Shown: one piece after another, positions 51,839 through 64,000 of the stretch | How the letters are laid out: every line of letters begins with the position of its first letter | Numbering within the stretch: position 1 is the stretch's first letter | The notes under the pieces: generated by a model | What the model saw: only the letters and a program-made list of their open reading frames with translations | Databases searched by the model: none | What the model was told of the DNA's origin: nothing | Made by a program: the position numbers and the translations under genes | Source of the DNA: Eledone cirrhosa | Taxonomy: Eukaryota | DNA: 64,000 nucleotides | Direction: 5' to 3' | NCBI GenBank assembly: GCA_964016885.1 | Contig: OZ024743.1 | Location: 181,350,001 to 181,414,000, forward strand

Positions 51839-52050
51839 TCTATATATTAATACGCTAATACCTACGTACCGTACGTCCGACCGTGTGTGTGTCACGCTTT
51901 CAGTAAAACAATGGAAGTGGGGTGGTAAACAATCTACGACAATCTACGGCCAAAAAAATCAAAGAGCGTTGCAACGTTTGGAAAGGAGAGAGAGGGGGTT
52001 ATAATATAGAGAGAGGGCATTATCCGTAAATATTTTCACGGTCCAGCTAG
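51839..52050 (+). mobile_element. Mini non-autonomous Helitron-like element, 212 bp
   Basis: A|TCTATATATTAA start; imperfect hairpin CCGTAAATATTTTCACGG, then TCCAG-CTAG|T. Confidence 0.6.
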
Positions 52051-53737
52051 TTAACGTTCGATATAACCCATACGTACATATGTGTGTGTGCGCGCGCGCG
52101 CGTATGCATACTTACTTTTGTATACATATATACCTGCATATGCCTGTGAATTTTATATATCTAAAGATATACAGTATGTTTAATAAATAAATATTTGAAA
52201 GCCAAGATATGAATTGAAAGGCTGACGGCCAGCACCGTCTAGCGGATTCCAGCAGAAGCAACGGAGGATAATCGTCTATGCATTTCGAGCTCTGGCTTTC
52301 ATAATTCTGAAACATGACATGTCGATATCGTTTTTCTCGTCACAGAGAGATCACGTGGCTTAACAACAATATCTAATTATCACGGTGGACTAAAACTGTG
52401 TGTGTACTATAAGCAGTCATCCGTAAGTTTTCCTTACATTTTTAATTATCCGAACACCGTTTAGTTCTTTAAGATCGTCAAGTCCTAGACCTCATTAGCT
52501 AAGCAAGTGAGGTGGAACTCGTCAAATCGGACCAAGGAAACAATATTTCCAGTGATCTTTCTATTGCCGATACTATCGTCTGGCTGCAACTTCTGACAGA
52601 AGGAGCAAGGTGAAATAAAGTGTCTTGTTCAAGGACATAACGCATAGCCCAGTTCGGGAATCGAACTAGCGACGCCTCGATTGTGAATCAAAATCACTAA
52701 TTACTAAGCCAGGCGTTTAGTTCTTTCATAAATTAATTAAAAGTTGTCAATGATTATATAACTTTAATGTAACTTCTGTTACGGCGTATCTAGGGCAATT
52801 TTAAAACCTGGCGGAGCCCATCTCCTCTCCAGGTCTGAACACAGAAGATTTCTTCTAGAGAAGGATGGAAAAATCTGTCTCAGTACTAAACTGGTACTTT
52901 TTTTATCGACCTCGAAAGGATGAAAGGCAAAGTTGACCTTGGCGGGATTTGAACTCAGAAGGTAGAGAGCTGGAACGAATACCGCAAAGCATTCTAGTCG
53001 ACTATACGACTATATATATATAGTTGGATACATATATATGTGTGTGTGTGTGTACCTTTATCTTCCATAATCAAAGCTAACTATCAACAGGCTCGGCTCT
53101 GGTCACCTTTATGTCTCCATCGTCAACAATTAGACATCAGAAAATACCAGATATTTCAACCTACTTCAACAAGAACAAGGATTTCTATAGATGCTTTCAT
53201 GATGGCGTCCAGTATTACATACGAACTTGCTATCTGATCAAGTCTTCTATTATTAATTGAAATACGTCATATTGAAACTACGTCAGCTGCCTATTAACTA
53301 GGCGTAGACTTTTTAAAAATCGGAATAAACAGTATGTTTTTTTAAGTTATTGCAAACGGTAATCGGGTGGTTAAGGAGTTCGCTTTGCATTCGTTAGGTC
53401 ATAGGTTCGATCCCACTACTTGGCATTAGAGGGAAATTAGATTAATGAAAACTGTTTAGAAGCCGGTCGAATGGACTGTACTTGTAATTCGTCAAGCCGG
53501 CCTTATCACATACTGTGACACACTGAATCTCCCTGAGAATTATGTTCAAGGTATATGTATTTGTGGAATGTTTAGATACTTACACGTTAATCTTTTGAGT
53601 GGAGTATTCCGTTGATCAAACAACTGGAACATTCATTGTAGTGGCCGACGGAGGTTTATTCATTTCATCGGAGGCACGGAGACTTATAGCTTTTAATTAT
53701 ATCACTGAGCGCTTGAATTCAAATATATACGCTTGTT

Positions 53738-53814
<77 letters not shown>

Positions 53815-54025
53815 AAAAGTGTTGGGCCCCATCACCTTCATTGTACTCTGAACTGATCGATATCGAAACAATTGTAATATCCAAATAATGTGTGTACATA
53901 TGTTGCAAAGCTGACTTCAACTCTTTTAAATCTATATATAGGTGTGTGGGGGGGGGGGGGGGGTAATCCGAGGTACTGAAACCGAGGAGAACACTAATCA
54001 GGGGAGTAATCTATGCATGGGAAGA

Positions 54026-54070
<45 letters not shown>

Positions 54071-54075
<5 letters not shown>

Positions 54076-54345
54076 AATGGTAGTTGGCCCAAGGAAGGAA
54101 CCCCATGAGTCGGAGTGGCTGTAGCAGTGGGTGTCTCTGGCCGTTCTCAGTGGCAATACCTTCGCCATTTTGTCTGTAGAACACAGCTAAGAGATACAGT
54201 TCAGACTGGGGTGTAAAGTCTGTCACTCCCTCTCATCTTTCCTTCCTTTTGTTGTTTAATTTCTTCTTTCATTTTTTTTTTCTTCTATTCTTCATTTCTT
54301 TATTGTTTCATATAATCTTTTTTTTTCTGGAAATAAACATTATTT
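54071..54345 (+). mobile_element. CRE-clade 3' remnant
   Basis: KEPHESEWL*QWVSLAVLSGNTFAILS; 3'UTR motif AGTCTGTCAC shared with 19932-19941; starts at (TA)n. Confidence 0.7.
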
Positions 54346-54654
54346 GTTCACTGTCAAAAAATAAATTAATGAATTAAATTAAATTAAATTGTCTCAGCCG
54401 GAACACTGGAACAGGTCAGAGAATAAAAGTAAAAGAATTAATTTCGCATCTAATGATTCTGTTGGTTAAATCTCTGTATATTCATTCGACCAACGGAGAT
54501 TTCACGCCCACCTCTTCTGATATATGTTTTTATTTCATCACACTTAGAATGTGTTATGTCAAGTGAAAGGAGAACAAAGTGCATTTGAGCATAAAAGAAC
54601 TGAACGAGAAGAAAACCGAAAAGCAATTTGTTCAACGTTTTACTACTACATTAA

Positions 54655-54955
54655 GACAGCGAATTGCCAGAATCTTTATAACGTCGGATAGAGTACCTTG
54701 TGGTATTTGTTGAGGCTCTCTGCTCCCTGAGTTCAAATCCAGCTGAGGTCAACTTTGCCTTTCATCCTTTCGAGGTTGATAAAAAATAAAGTACCAGTCT
54801 TATCCTGGGGGTTGATTCTTCCTCTATATCTCTTTCTAACTCTCACTATTCTTCTCTGGAAGAAATCTGCTGTGTTCAGACCTGGAGAGGAGATAGACTC
54901 TGCCAGGCTATGTCAATACGGCGTCCCTACGACTCCACCAGGAGTTACGTGACTA
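54655..54955 (+). mobile_element. SINE variant C, full length
   Basis: tRNA-like head, family A core and tail GAAGAAATCTGCTGTGTTCAGACCTGGAGAGGAGAT. Confidence 0.8.
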
Positions 54956-55988
54956 TACCATACCATAACTGTTACTTTCATCCATTCTACCGCTTTTCTG
55001 TGACAAGCTATAATTGTAAAGCCTGAAGGAAAACCCATTATAAAAATATATTCAAAGAAATATTACGAGGAAATACATTTGAAAATACAAACAGGAGAAA
55101 AGAGATTTTAAAAAGAAAGATTTTAAAGAATGATGAAACATGAAATATTTGTTGTAGATATTGTTGTAAATAGGTGAACTAAAACTTGTCGAGCTTCTTT
55201 ACAGAAGAAGATATTTAACTTGAGGAGAAAAAGAAGAGAAAATTGTGAATTTTTAGTGTAGAAGAAAATTAATCAATTAAATTTTGAATAAACATTCAGG
55301 CTATAATGGAAAACTTACCATATTTTAGGTCTGATATAAATACATCACCACCACCATCACCATCATTATCATCATTATCATCAACATCATCACCATCAAC
55401 ATCATGGCTGTCATTGTTAGCGTTGTCGTCAACGTCGTTGTCGGTGTTGAAGTCATCAGCATGGTAGTAATGGTTTTTAATTTAGGCAGAAGACCAGCAA
55501 TTTGTGGGGAAGAGAATGTTAATTAAATCAAATCCGTATATAACTGGTTTATTATTTTATCGACCCCGAAAAGATCAACAGCAAAGTTTACCTCGGCTGG
55601 ATTTGAAAAAAACAATACATTAGAATTTGAAATCCTAGATACACTGAGTCTAAATAGGTCATACCTAGAACATCTTTAATCCTAGATCTAATCAATCACG
55701 GTTGACCTGGAGTTTGAAACACGATAACAACAAACACACAATAAAAATAACTTATACCAATATGAAGAAATATTGAATAGACTTCCATGGATTTCGTCGA
55801 TGACTGTTCTAGTTGTTCGATCACCAGAACATCATGCTCTTGAATTTAATGTGTAAGTCGTTGAGCATTCCAAAAACATATATACCCTTAACCCAATTCT
55901 CAGAGAGATTCCATGTGACAGTCTGTTACAAGGTTAGTTCTTTACTAACATTTGCCTATATGTTTACCAATTCCTTCTGGCAAATACC

Positions 55989-56133
55989 AGGGAAAAAATA
56001 GAAAATTTAAAAAGAAAATACCCCCAAAGCAACAAAATCAGAAAGATGCAGCTAAAAATAATAGGGGAAAAAATAGAAATTTTAAAAGAAAATACCCCAA
56101 AGCAACAAAATCAGAAAGATGCAGCTAAAAATA
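55989..56133. repeat. Local tandem duplication, ~73-bp unit
   Basis: GGGAAAAAATAGAAA...AAAGATGCAGCTAAAAATA occurs twice. Confidence 0.85.
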
Positions 56134-56224
56134 TCTATAGCATCATTATTTTCAAATACTTATAACTACAGTGTGTAATCTATAGAACGTGAACATCTGA
56201 CAAAATTCAATGTATTACAAATAA

Positions 56225-56505
56225 AAAATTTTACTGAGACTTGCCCAAGACAATAACTACAATTGCTTAAAGATGGTTACAATTTGCAGGGCATTGTGGA
56301 GGAGTAAGCAGAAAGTTATACTACACAGGCTACTATCTTGGGAACCAACACACGCGAGACGCAGTGGAGGAAGACCTCGAACCTTCATCAATCAACTCTC
56401 AGACAATACAAACCTTAGTAAGAAGCAGTTGCCAGGAGCAATGGAAAATCGTGAATTGTGGAGAGAGTTTGTCAGGAATGTTTGACTGTGGTCGCAATGT
56501 TGATG
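56225..56505 (+). mobile_element. RTE-type LINE 3' fragment, second family
   Basis: FAGHCG, then HRLLSWEPTHARRSGGRPRTFINQLSDNT...AMENRELWREFV. Confidence 0.75.
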
Positions 56506-57691
56506 AAAATAAATCTCAAATTTAAAACCAAACACCATCCAAAATAGCATTATATAATTCTTCTCACTCTCCTAGATATGTTCTCAACAATTCTACCAAT
56601 GAGTCAGCCATGAAATCACTAACCTACACCTTTCATTTACTATCTCATAGTCTGGATTCAAACGATTAGATGTCTCGAAAATATATATATTTAATCAACT
56701 TGCGTTTCACAAATCTCGGCTACCTGCGTTCCATAGCAACTACATCATCCACCTTTCATCATTAAACCACTTCCGCGGCATCACCATCATCCTCATCGCC
56801 ATTATCATCATCATCATCATCGCCGTCATCATATCCACTATAACCGTCATCATTACCACCATTGACGTCATCGTCATCATCATCATCATCATCACAATCA
56901 TTATCATCTTCATCTTCGTCAGCATTTTCATCGGAGTCATTAACCCTTATAGATATCGTGACATTATTCATCAACAGGGCCGTCATCCTTATCATCGTAA
57001 TCATCATCAACATCACCACCACAACAATCACCTCCATTACAACCACCACCACCACCATTACCATCAGCACAGTAATCATCATCTCTTCTTTTTTTCTTCT
57101 TCTTTTGTTCTTCTTTTCTTCTACTACTACTGCTACTACTACTTATTATTATTAAATCCCGCCGAGGTTAACTTTGCCTTTCATCCTTATGGGGTCGATA
57201 AAATAAAGTACCAGTAATACGCTGGGTAATTGCTGGCCTTGTGCCAAAAGTAGAAACAATTATTAATCTCATTCTCATTCTTATTCTTATTCTACTACTA
57301 CTACTAATACTTCTTCTTCTTCTACTACTACTACTACTACTAACATTTCTTCTTCTACTTCTTTTCTTCTTCTTTTCTTCTTGTTCTTCTTCTTCACCAT
57401 CATCACTCATCACAACTATTATTATTATTACCAATCTAGTTGTCATCCTCGACATTATCATGGAACTAGATTTGAACAACTTCGCTAGATTTCCTTCCGT
57501 TCCAAAATCACAAAAACCATGGTTCTAATTAATTTAAAGAAATGTGTCTATGTATGTGTGCGTTCGTGTATATGTGTGCATGTGTGTGGTTTATTTGTAT
57601 AAGTGTATCTGTACTAGTCTGTATATGAAAGCGTACGTGTGTGTGTGTGTATGTGTATGTGTGCGTGTGTGTGCGTGCGCGCGTGTGTGTA

Positions 57692-57808
<117 letters not shown>

Positions 57809-58369
57809 TGTGTGTGTGTACACAATATGTTCGAATTCTGCCGATGTCAACTTTGCTTTCTATACTTCTCATCTCGATAGATAAATCATTAGTGCAGTTC
57901 TGAGGTCGATATCATTTACTATGCCTTCTCGTCGCATGTTTAATACAGTTGCTTATGTAAGAAATTATTGTTGACTTATGACAAAAGTATATAAGGCCAC
58001 ACATTTTGGTGTAGGTTATAATTGACAGAATTTTCCTAAGTATATCTATAAAAAGTCTAAAGTCTATCTTGAATCCTGGAGGCTCATTAGACCATTGCTT
58101 ATCCCAGTTTCTGTGCGAGAAGCGACTAAGAGTACTAGACGCCAGTCCATCGCAAGGTTAGCCCCACTGCAGCCATTGCTGGCACATATTTTCAGCTGAG
58201 TGTACTGGAGCAATGAGGAATGAAATATTTTGCTCAGAAATACAACACAACACACAACCCAGTCCAGATCTCTAACCCACGATATTATGATCGTAAGTCC
58301 AACATCTTTACCACTTATTGTATGTATCCCAAAACAGTGAAAAGCAAGAAATAACAAATCAAACGACAC

Positions 58370-58828
58370 AGCTCACTTAAGATCAGTCGAACAGTCAACT
58401 CTCGTCACGCCCCACCTGTCTCACACGCTGAAAGTTGTCCTCGGTCTTGTTCGTTGAAGGCCTTTTATTCTGGGGTTGTCTTCAGCATCCTCGCTTTACT
58501 CGTTGAACCTGTTGTGCCACCCGAAAACCCATGAGTGTGACATCGCCTCATCTCTGTACACTTCCTGCAGTATTATGAGTCCTTCTGACGGTGTTTTTCC
58601 CTGTCGGACCAGAAAATTCAGACTGGTTCACTGCTCTATGCTCATCGCTCGACGGCCTAAAATTGAGGAGCTGTTAACAAAAGCACGTAAAAGGACATAC
58701 AATGGCTGCAGAGAGCTGAGATCGCAGTTATATATTCCCCGGGCATTACGTCACACGGTGACGAAACACGCTACTCATAACTTACAAAGTACACTAAGTC
58801 CTATTACTTTTTTGACACACCTCCGCCT
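58370..58828 (-). mobile_element. Mariner transposon 5' remnant (HTH region of transposase + one TIR)
   Basis: From ATG 58645: MSIEQ*TSLNFLVRQGKTPSEGLIILQEVYRDEAMSHSWVFGWHNRFNE*SEDAEDNPR; TIR-like GAGGTGTGTCAAAAAAGTAATAGG. Confidence 0.88.
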
Positions 58829-59619
58829 TATATATTCGTGAATTTGATCCAGTTAAACAAGCATGTCAGTAAAGTGGTGGATTGGCAGTATCGGTAGAGC
58901 ATCGGACAACATGCTTTACGGCATGTAGTTACGTCCCTTTGCCTTCTCAGTTCAAATCCCACCGATGTTAGCTTAAGCTGTCAGCCATACGGGATCGATA
59001 AAATAAAGTACTAGTAACACACTAGGGTTAATTTAATCAACTTGCCCCTCCCCAAATTTGTTAGCCTTGTGTCTAAATCAGAAACTGTTCTCACGCATGT
59101 CACCAAACCGATAGATTAGCAATATCGATAGAGCGTCGGACAATATAGTTTGCAGTATTTAGTTACGTCCCTTTACTTTCTGTGTTCAAATCTCGCCCAG
59201 GTTAGCTTTAGCTTTCATCCAGGGGTAGATTTAACGGACTTTCCTCTTCCCAATTGGCCTTGGGCCTAAATCAGCATTATTACGCATCTCTCCGTTCTAA
59301 AAGAAACTTCTATAACATTCCTTTTGACGTCATTTCAAATGGAATTTCTCCGACTATTGTTGCTTACGTACATTAAATTTGAAGTGGAGATTGTCCGGAT
59401 GTTGATAACAACACAGCTACTTCTCTTGTTGATGTTGACGTGCATGTTTGTGGTGGTAGTGGTGGTGGTGGTCATAACAGCAAAGTTATGCTATTGATTG
59501 GTGTTGGTGGTGGTGGTGGTGGTATCGGTGGTTACGATGGTTGTAGTTTCTATTGCAGAGGTAGAGGTGGGGGAACCGTTTCATGTTGAAAAGCCACATT
59601 AAGTTACTTGTAATATAAT

Positions 59620-59803
59620 TGTTTCTATTTTAGGCACAAGGCCAGAAATTATCCAGTTTATTACTGGTACTTTATTTTATCGACTCCGTAAGGATGAAAG
59701 GCAAAGTTAACCTCGGCCGGATTTGAATTCAGATCATAAAGGGACGTAACTATGCTGGAAAGCATGTCCGACCCTCTACCAATACTGCCAATTCACCGCC
59801 CTT
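59620..59803 (-). mobile_element. SINE family A, full length, with 17-bp TSD
   Basis: GTTACTTGTAATATAAT at 59603-59619 and 59804-59820. Confidence 0.92.
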
Positions 59804-60364
59804 GTTACTTGTAATATAATAAGGCCGCATTCAAGAAACCTTAATTATGTATTCTTAACATTTACATTATTTTGTAAAAATCTAATTACTCTCTACTAAT
59901 TATCTCTAAAAAAAAAACCCCAAAATAATAATTTTAAAGATAACTATCTGTTAAGGACTTTGTTGTGATTACTTATGGTAGGAAAGCATTTTGATATTCG
60001 GTTGCAACATGGAAATCTGAATTGTCAAATGAACCTCGAGATGGGCATCTGCCATTTGTGATCTCAAAGGTGTTTTGATTTTAGATAGGTAGCAATAAGT
60101 GGCTGAAAAGCAAGAGAGTATTTTTCGTGCATGTTGCCGAAGGTATGGGTATTCTATTGCATTCTTTCAAAAGGCCGCAGAGAATAGAATAGAAGGCCAC
60201 ATGTGGCCTTAAAGCCGCATGTTCCCCGTCTAGCGTGGCTAGTTATACTTTTCTTTCGCAGCGAGTCTACACATATCTTTATAAACGTAATATATATGTT
60301 TATATACGACTTCACATACATCTCTGTTCACATACATCGCTATAGTGCCACCACAAATTGTATG

Positions 60365-60441
<77 letters not shown>

Positions 60442-60645
60442 TATGTGATTCAGTGAATTACTGGTGGTTGTACCAAAACGAACACTCAGTACACAGACAA
60501 AGTGAATATATTAATAAAAACGATGAAGTTTCGTTTACATGTATTTAATTTGTTATGGTGTATCGATTTTTATTGTGTTACGAGCGTTTTGCAGAGGATT
60601 GGCTCAAGGTCACCTATAGAAGTTATGGACTCGACTCCATTATCA

Positions 60646-60676
<31 letters not shown>

Positions 60677-60932
60677 TGTATGTATGTATGTATGTATGTA
60701 TGTATGTATGTATGTATGTATGTATGTATGTATGTATGTATGTATTCAAAAGGTAAACAGAAATAACAAAGCAAACGACACAGTACAATGAAGAAATATA
60801 TTATTAGTTTTATGCTTGATATAACAGGAAAAGAGTCTTAACGCTAACCCTACATCGGAAAATGTGTCGATTTAATTGCTAGCCTTGTACCTATATTAGA
60901 AATCATCATCATTATTATTATTATTATTATTA

Positions 60933-62148
60933 CTTTCTTTCATTATTGTTTCTGAGCTATATGCCGAGTGTCTTCCTGACACCTAGGACAAATAAATTCA
61001 CAGTGTGCATTGGTAAGCCAGTTAATACAGCACATTGATTATAATTGAAAAAAACAAACAGTATACATATATAGAAATGTGCATATGTATATGTAAATAA
61101 ATACAAGGAGGGATATGAATCTTACAGAGATAGTGCTCTTCTCAATACGTGTGCAGTACCAGTCAAAACAATTTTTTGCACCTCGTGCAGAGAGGGTAAA
61201 CCAAGAATCATTCGCAAATATTGTTCTGTTCCTTTCTTGATCATTCCCAGTCCTCCCACAATCACTGGTATTGTAACGGCCTTGAGGTGCCAAATTTTCT
61301 CAATTTCAATAACCAGATCTTTATATTTTCGAAGCTTGTCAAATTCTTTTGCCGCGATATTGTGATCACATGGGATTCTCATATCTATCAACAAACAGAC
61401 CTTATTATATTGATCTTTTACAATGATGTCAGGTCTATTTGCTTTTATGGTCCTGTCAGTATGTACTTTTTCTCCTTCAGTTACAGCCTCGGGGTGATGA
61501 TTGTACCACTTGTCTTCAACTTTGATTTTGTAATGCCGACATATTACCCAGTGGAGATATTGGCCAACTCTGTCATGTCTATATTTGTATTCTACTGGTG
61601 CTAAAATTTACATCCAGAGACTAAGTGATCCACTGTTTCAACCTCAGCATTGCAGAATCGGCACGTTTCTCATCACATTGGCCTGGTAATTACGAGTCAA
61701 TAAGATTTGATCTTGAGCAGCTAAGATGAAGCCTTCACTCTCCGCCTTTAGCCTTGAACTACGTAGCTACTGATGGGCGTGCTTTTGGTCAACATCAGCT
61801 TGTTTGCTACGGGCCAAATATTTGCCATGCAGAGGTTTCTGCTCCCAATTTGATGCTAATTGTCCTTGCCCTTTTGCTTTTGCCAGTGATTTTATGTGCC
61901 TAACAGCATCAGTTGCAACAGTTTCTTTAGTCTGTCCAGCCTGGGTATCAAGCATGAGATCAGTAGCATATTTTTTGCTCTCCTTCAAGATAGAATGAAG
62001 CTTCTTACTTCTCTCGTGCTTTTCAACAAGTTTCAGCATACAGTCGTTAGTTGTTTCAAGGTATTTGGCCAGTCCAATGATGGTGGTCTTGTAAGCAAGT
62101 TCAAATTGGATCAGGCCAAGGCCTCTTTGAGTTATAGGGAGGTAAAGA
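60933..62148 (-). mobile_element. Dong/R4-clade element 3' part between (TAA)n tracts
   Basis: LYLP..RGLGL, QKPLHG, ESEGFILAAQDQ, ANRPDI, KYKDL.IEI, IPVIVGGLG; (ATT)n at 60911-60932 and 62148-62166. Confidence 0.9.
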
Positions 62149-62166
62149 TTATTATTATTATTATTA

Positions 62167-63117
62167 CAGTTGCATTTATCTTGCCTTATGTTCATACGAG
62201 TTATCACCAAGTCACAACCTCAAGAGACAAGGTCCGTCATGTTCAAGAAAGAACACACATACACACACACATGCATCTTTAGGTGTTTAGACTTGTGATG
62301 TACTTATATTGACAGAATCTTCCTTAGTACATGGGCAGTTCCCATTAGTACTATATTTTGTATTTCTCCTATACGCGGGTTTCCTGGGATTTGCGATAAG
62401 TAATCATTATCCCCCTTAGTTATCATTCCTAGAGCGCCTACAACCACTGGTATTGTTTTAGTTGTCAATTTCCACATTTTTCCAATTTCTATCTCCAGGT
62501 CCTTATACTTGCTCAATTTTTCAAATGTTTTTATAGATACATTCTTGTCTATTGGAACGGGTATATCAATTAGAAGGCATACCCTCTTTTTAAAGTGCTT
62601 CAGTAATATATCAGGTCTATTTGCATCTATTTTTCGGTCTGTTTGGATGCTAAAGTTCCACAAGATTGAGATGTGATCTTTTTCAAGTACAGGAGGTGGT
62701 TGATTCTCCCACCAATTCTTTTGATGGGACAGGTCAAAATGGTTACACATTATCCAATGTATGTATTGTGCAGCTCTGTCGTGCCTGTTTAGGTATTCGG
62801 TTGGAGCTATAGGACTGCACATTGAAATTATATGATCAATGGTCTCTGGTTGTTTTTTACATACACGGCATAATGGGTTGCATCCATTTTTGATTATGTT
62901 GGCTTGGTAATTTTTTGTTGGTAGACACTGATCTTGTGCTGATATAATTAGTCCTTCAGTCTCCGATTTCAGTCCAGAGGATGCCAACCACTGATGGGTT
63001 AAAGTTTTGTCAACATCAGGATTGTTAGTTCTTTCTGGGTATTTTCCAAACAGAGGCTTTTCTTGCCATTTCTTAGCCAGTTTCTGTAGCAGTTCTTTCT
63101 TTGCAGTTACTTTTACA

Positions 63118-63120
<3 letters not shown>
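62167..63120 (-). mobile_element. Second Dong/R4-clade element 3' part, open ORF to 62304
   Basis: ETEGLIISAQDQ, CRVC..ETIDHIISMC, RHD, NRPDI, CLLIDI, KYKDLEIE; (ATT)n on both sides. Confidence 0.92.
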
Positions 63121-63166
<46 letters not shown>

Positions 63167-64000
63167 GGCGACCTACGTAGGAAATCGTATCATCGTGAGC
63201 TTCGCAAAGGTTTGTTGTTTTCGTTTGTTTAAAATTGCCATTTATCGAAAATTTTTGTTGTTAGCTATTTATAAAGTCACAAAATTTGCTTTCTAAAAGG
63301 GACACTCAAAAAGATTGGGGCCTTGAGCCCAAAATTTAAACTTTTATAATTATCAAACAAAAAATTTATTAGAAAAAATCATGGACGACTCACAGCTACA
63401 CCAAGTAGCTGAGAGCCTTCCACACAAACTAACACCTCACACCAACACCACCATTATAAATATTACTACGATTGCCAACACTAAAAATATAAGCAGTAGC
63501 AATAATTTAAATTTGTCTCATGCAGACATTCATTTCCCACCATTACCAATGACTGCAGGCATTGAAGCCGCCACCCCCACCCCCACCACAGCGACAACAG
63601 AAACAAAAGAAAAAAATAAATTATCTCGTGACATCGAAATGGATTCACCCAGAATGGACTCTTCCACACAGAACACCACTGACGCCACCACCACCACAAC
63701 TGAAACTAAAAATAACAATAACAAAAGTAACAATAACAACAACAACAACAACAATGAGAATAACAACATCGTGTCTTTTGCCAAAGCAGCTAAAACATGC
63801 AAAACAATCCAGGTAACTCAGGAGGAATTAGATGAAGCCAAGAAATTGGTAAAGAAAGATGGGTACAGGGTCAGCCTCACCCCCTCCCCCTAATAAAATG
63901 GAGCATCGGCGCCTATGCACCGTGTCTTATCGGACGATTAACATAAAATCGCGCCGAGAGGAACGGGCAACCGAGTCCCAAATCCAAAAAGCTTTGGGAC
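63167..64000 (+). mobile_element. 5' end (5'UTR + ORF1 start at 63381) of a third, divergent Tx1-type LINE; continues beyond the window
   Basis: T/N-rich N-terminus, then VSFAKAAK..ELDEAKKLV.. and, after a frameshift at ~63890, HRRLCTVSYRTINIKSRREERATESQIQKAL; parallels TTFAQTVK..LLQDAKQFV..AVLKTVVFRRISTETRKPAQLSQNEIELVL of copy 1. Confidence 0.7.

Noticed and set aside
59390-59590. His/Thr-rich minus-strand frames as an exon
   Set aside because: Stops in all three frames; GGT-repeat low-complexity sequence.
63381-63893. 170-aa ORF as a host gene
   Set aside because: Composition and the downstream frameshifted segment parallel Tx1 ORF1 of copy 1.

Overview
This is eukaryotic, AT-rich, repeat-saturated DNA. 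The SINE repertoire and microsatellite load suggest an octopod cephalopod, which is my inference and not a database result. I found no host gene I can call with confidence, so the window reads as a large intron or intergenic region. It contains: a 3.9-kb 22-bp minisatellite; two related Tx1-clade LINEs (one full length with a 15-bp TSD, one 5'-truncated) plus three further Tx1 pieces; R4/Dong-clade and CRE-clade RLE retrotransposon remnants; RTE 3' ends, most with (GAA)n tails; Penelope-like elements and terminal repeats carrying minimal hammerhead-ribozyme motifs; many tRNA-headed SINEs; a Tigger-type MITE, a hAT-like MITE, a mariner remnant and Helitron-like ends; and several long inverted repeats. 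Top candidate for an undescribed system: in both Tx1 LINEs the ORF1-ORF2 spacer is built like a spliceosomal micro-intron (AG|GTRAGT overlapping the ORF1 stop, pyrimidine tract, TTTAAC, TTCAG|). The two spacers are 39 and 34 nt, yet removing either fuses ORF1 in frame to ORF2. Coordinates of degenerate repeats are approximate because they were read by eye.
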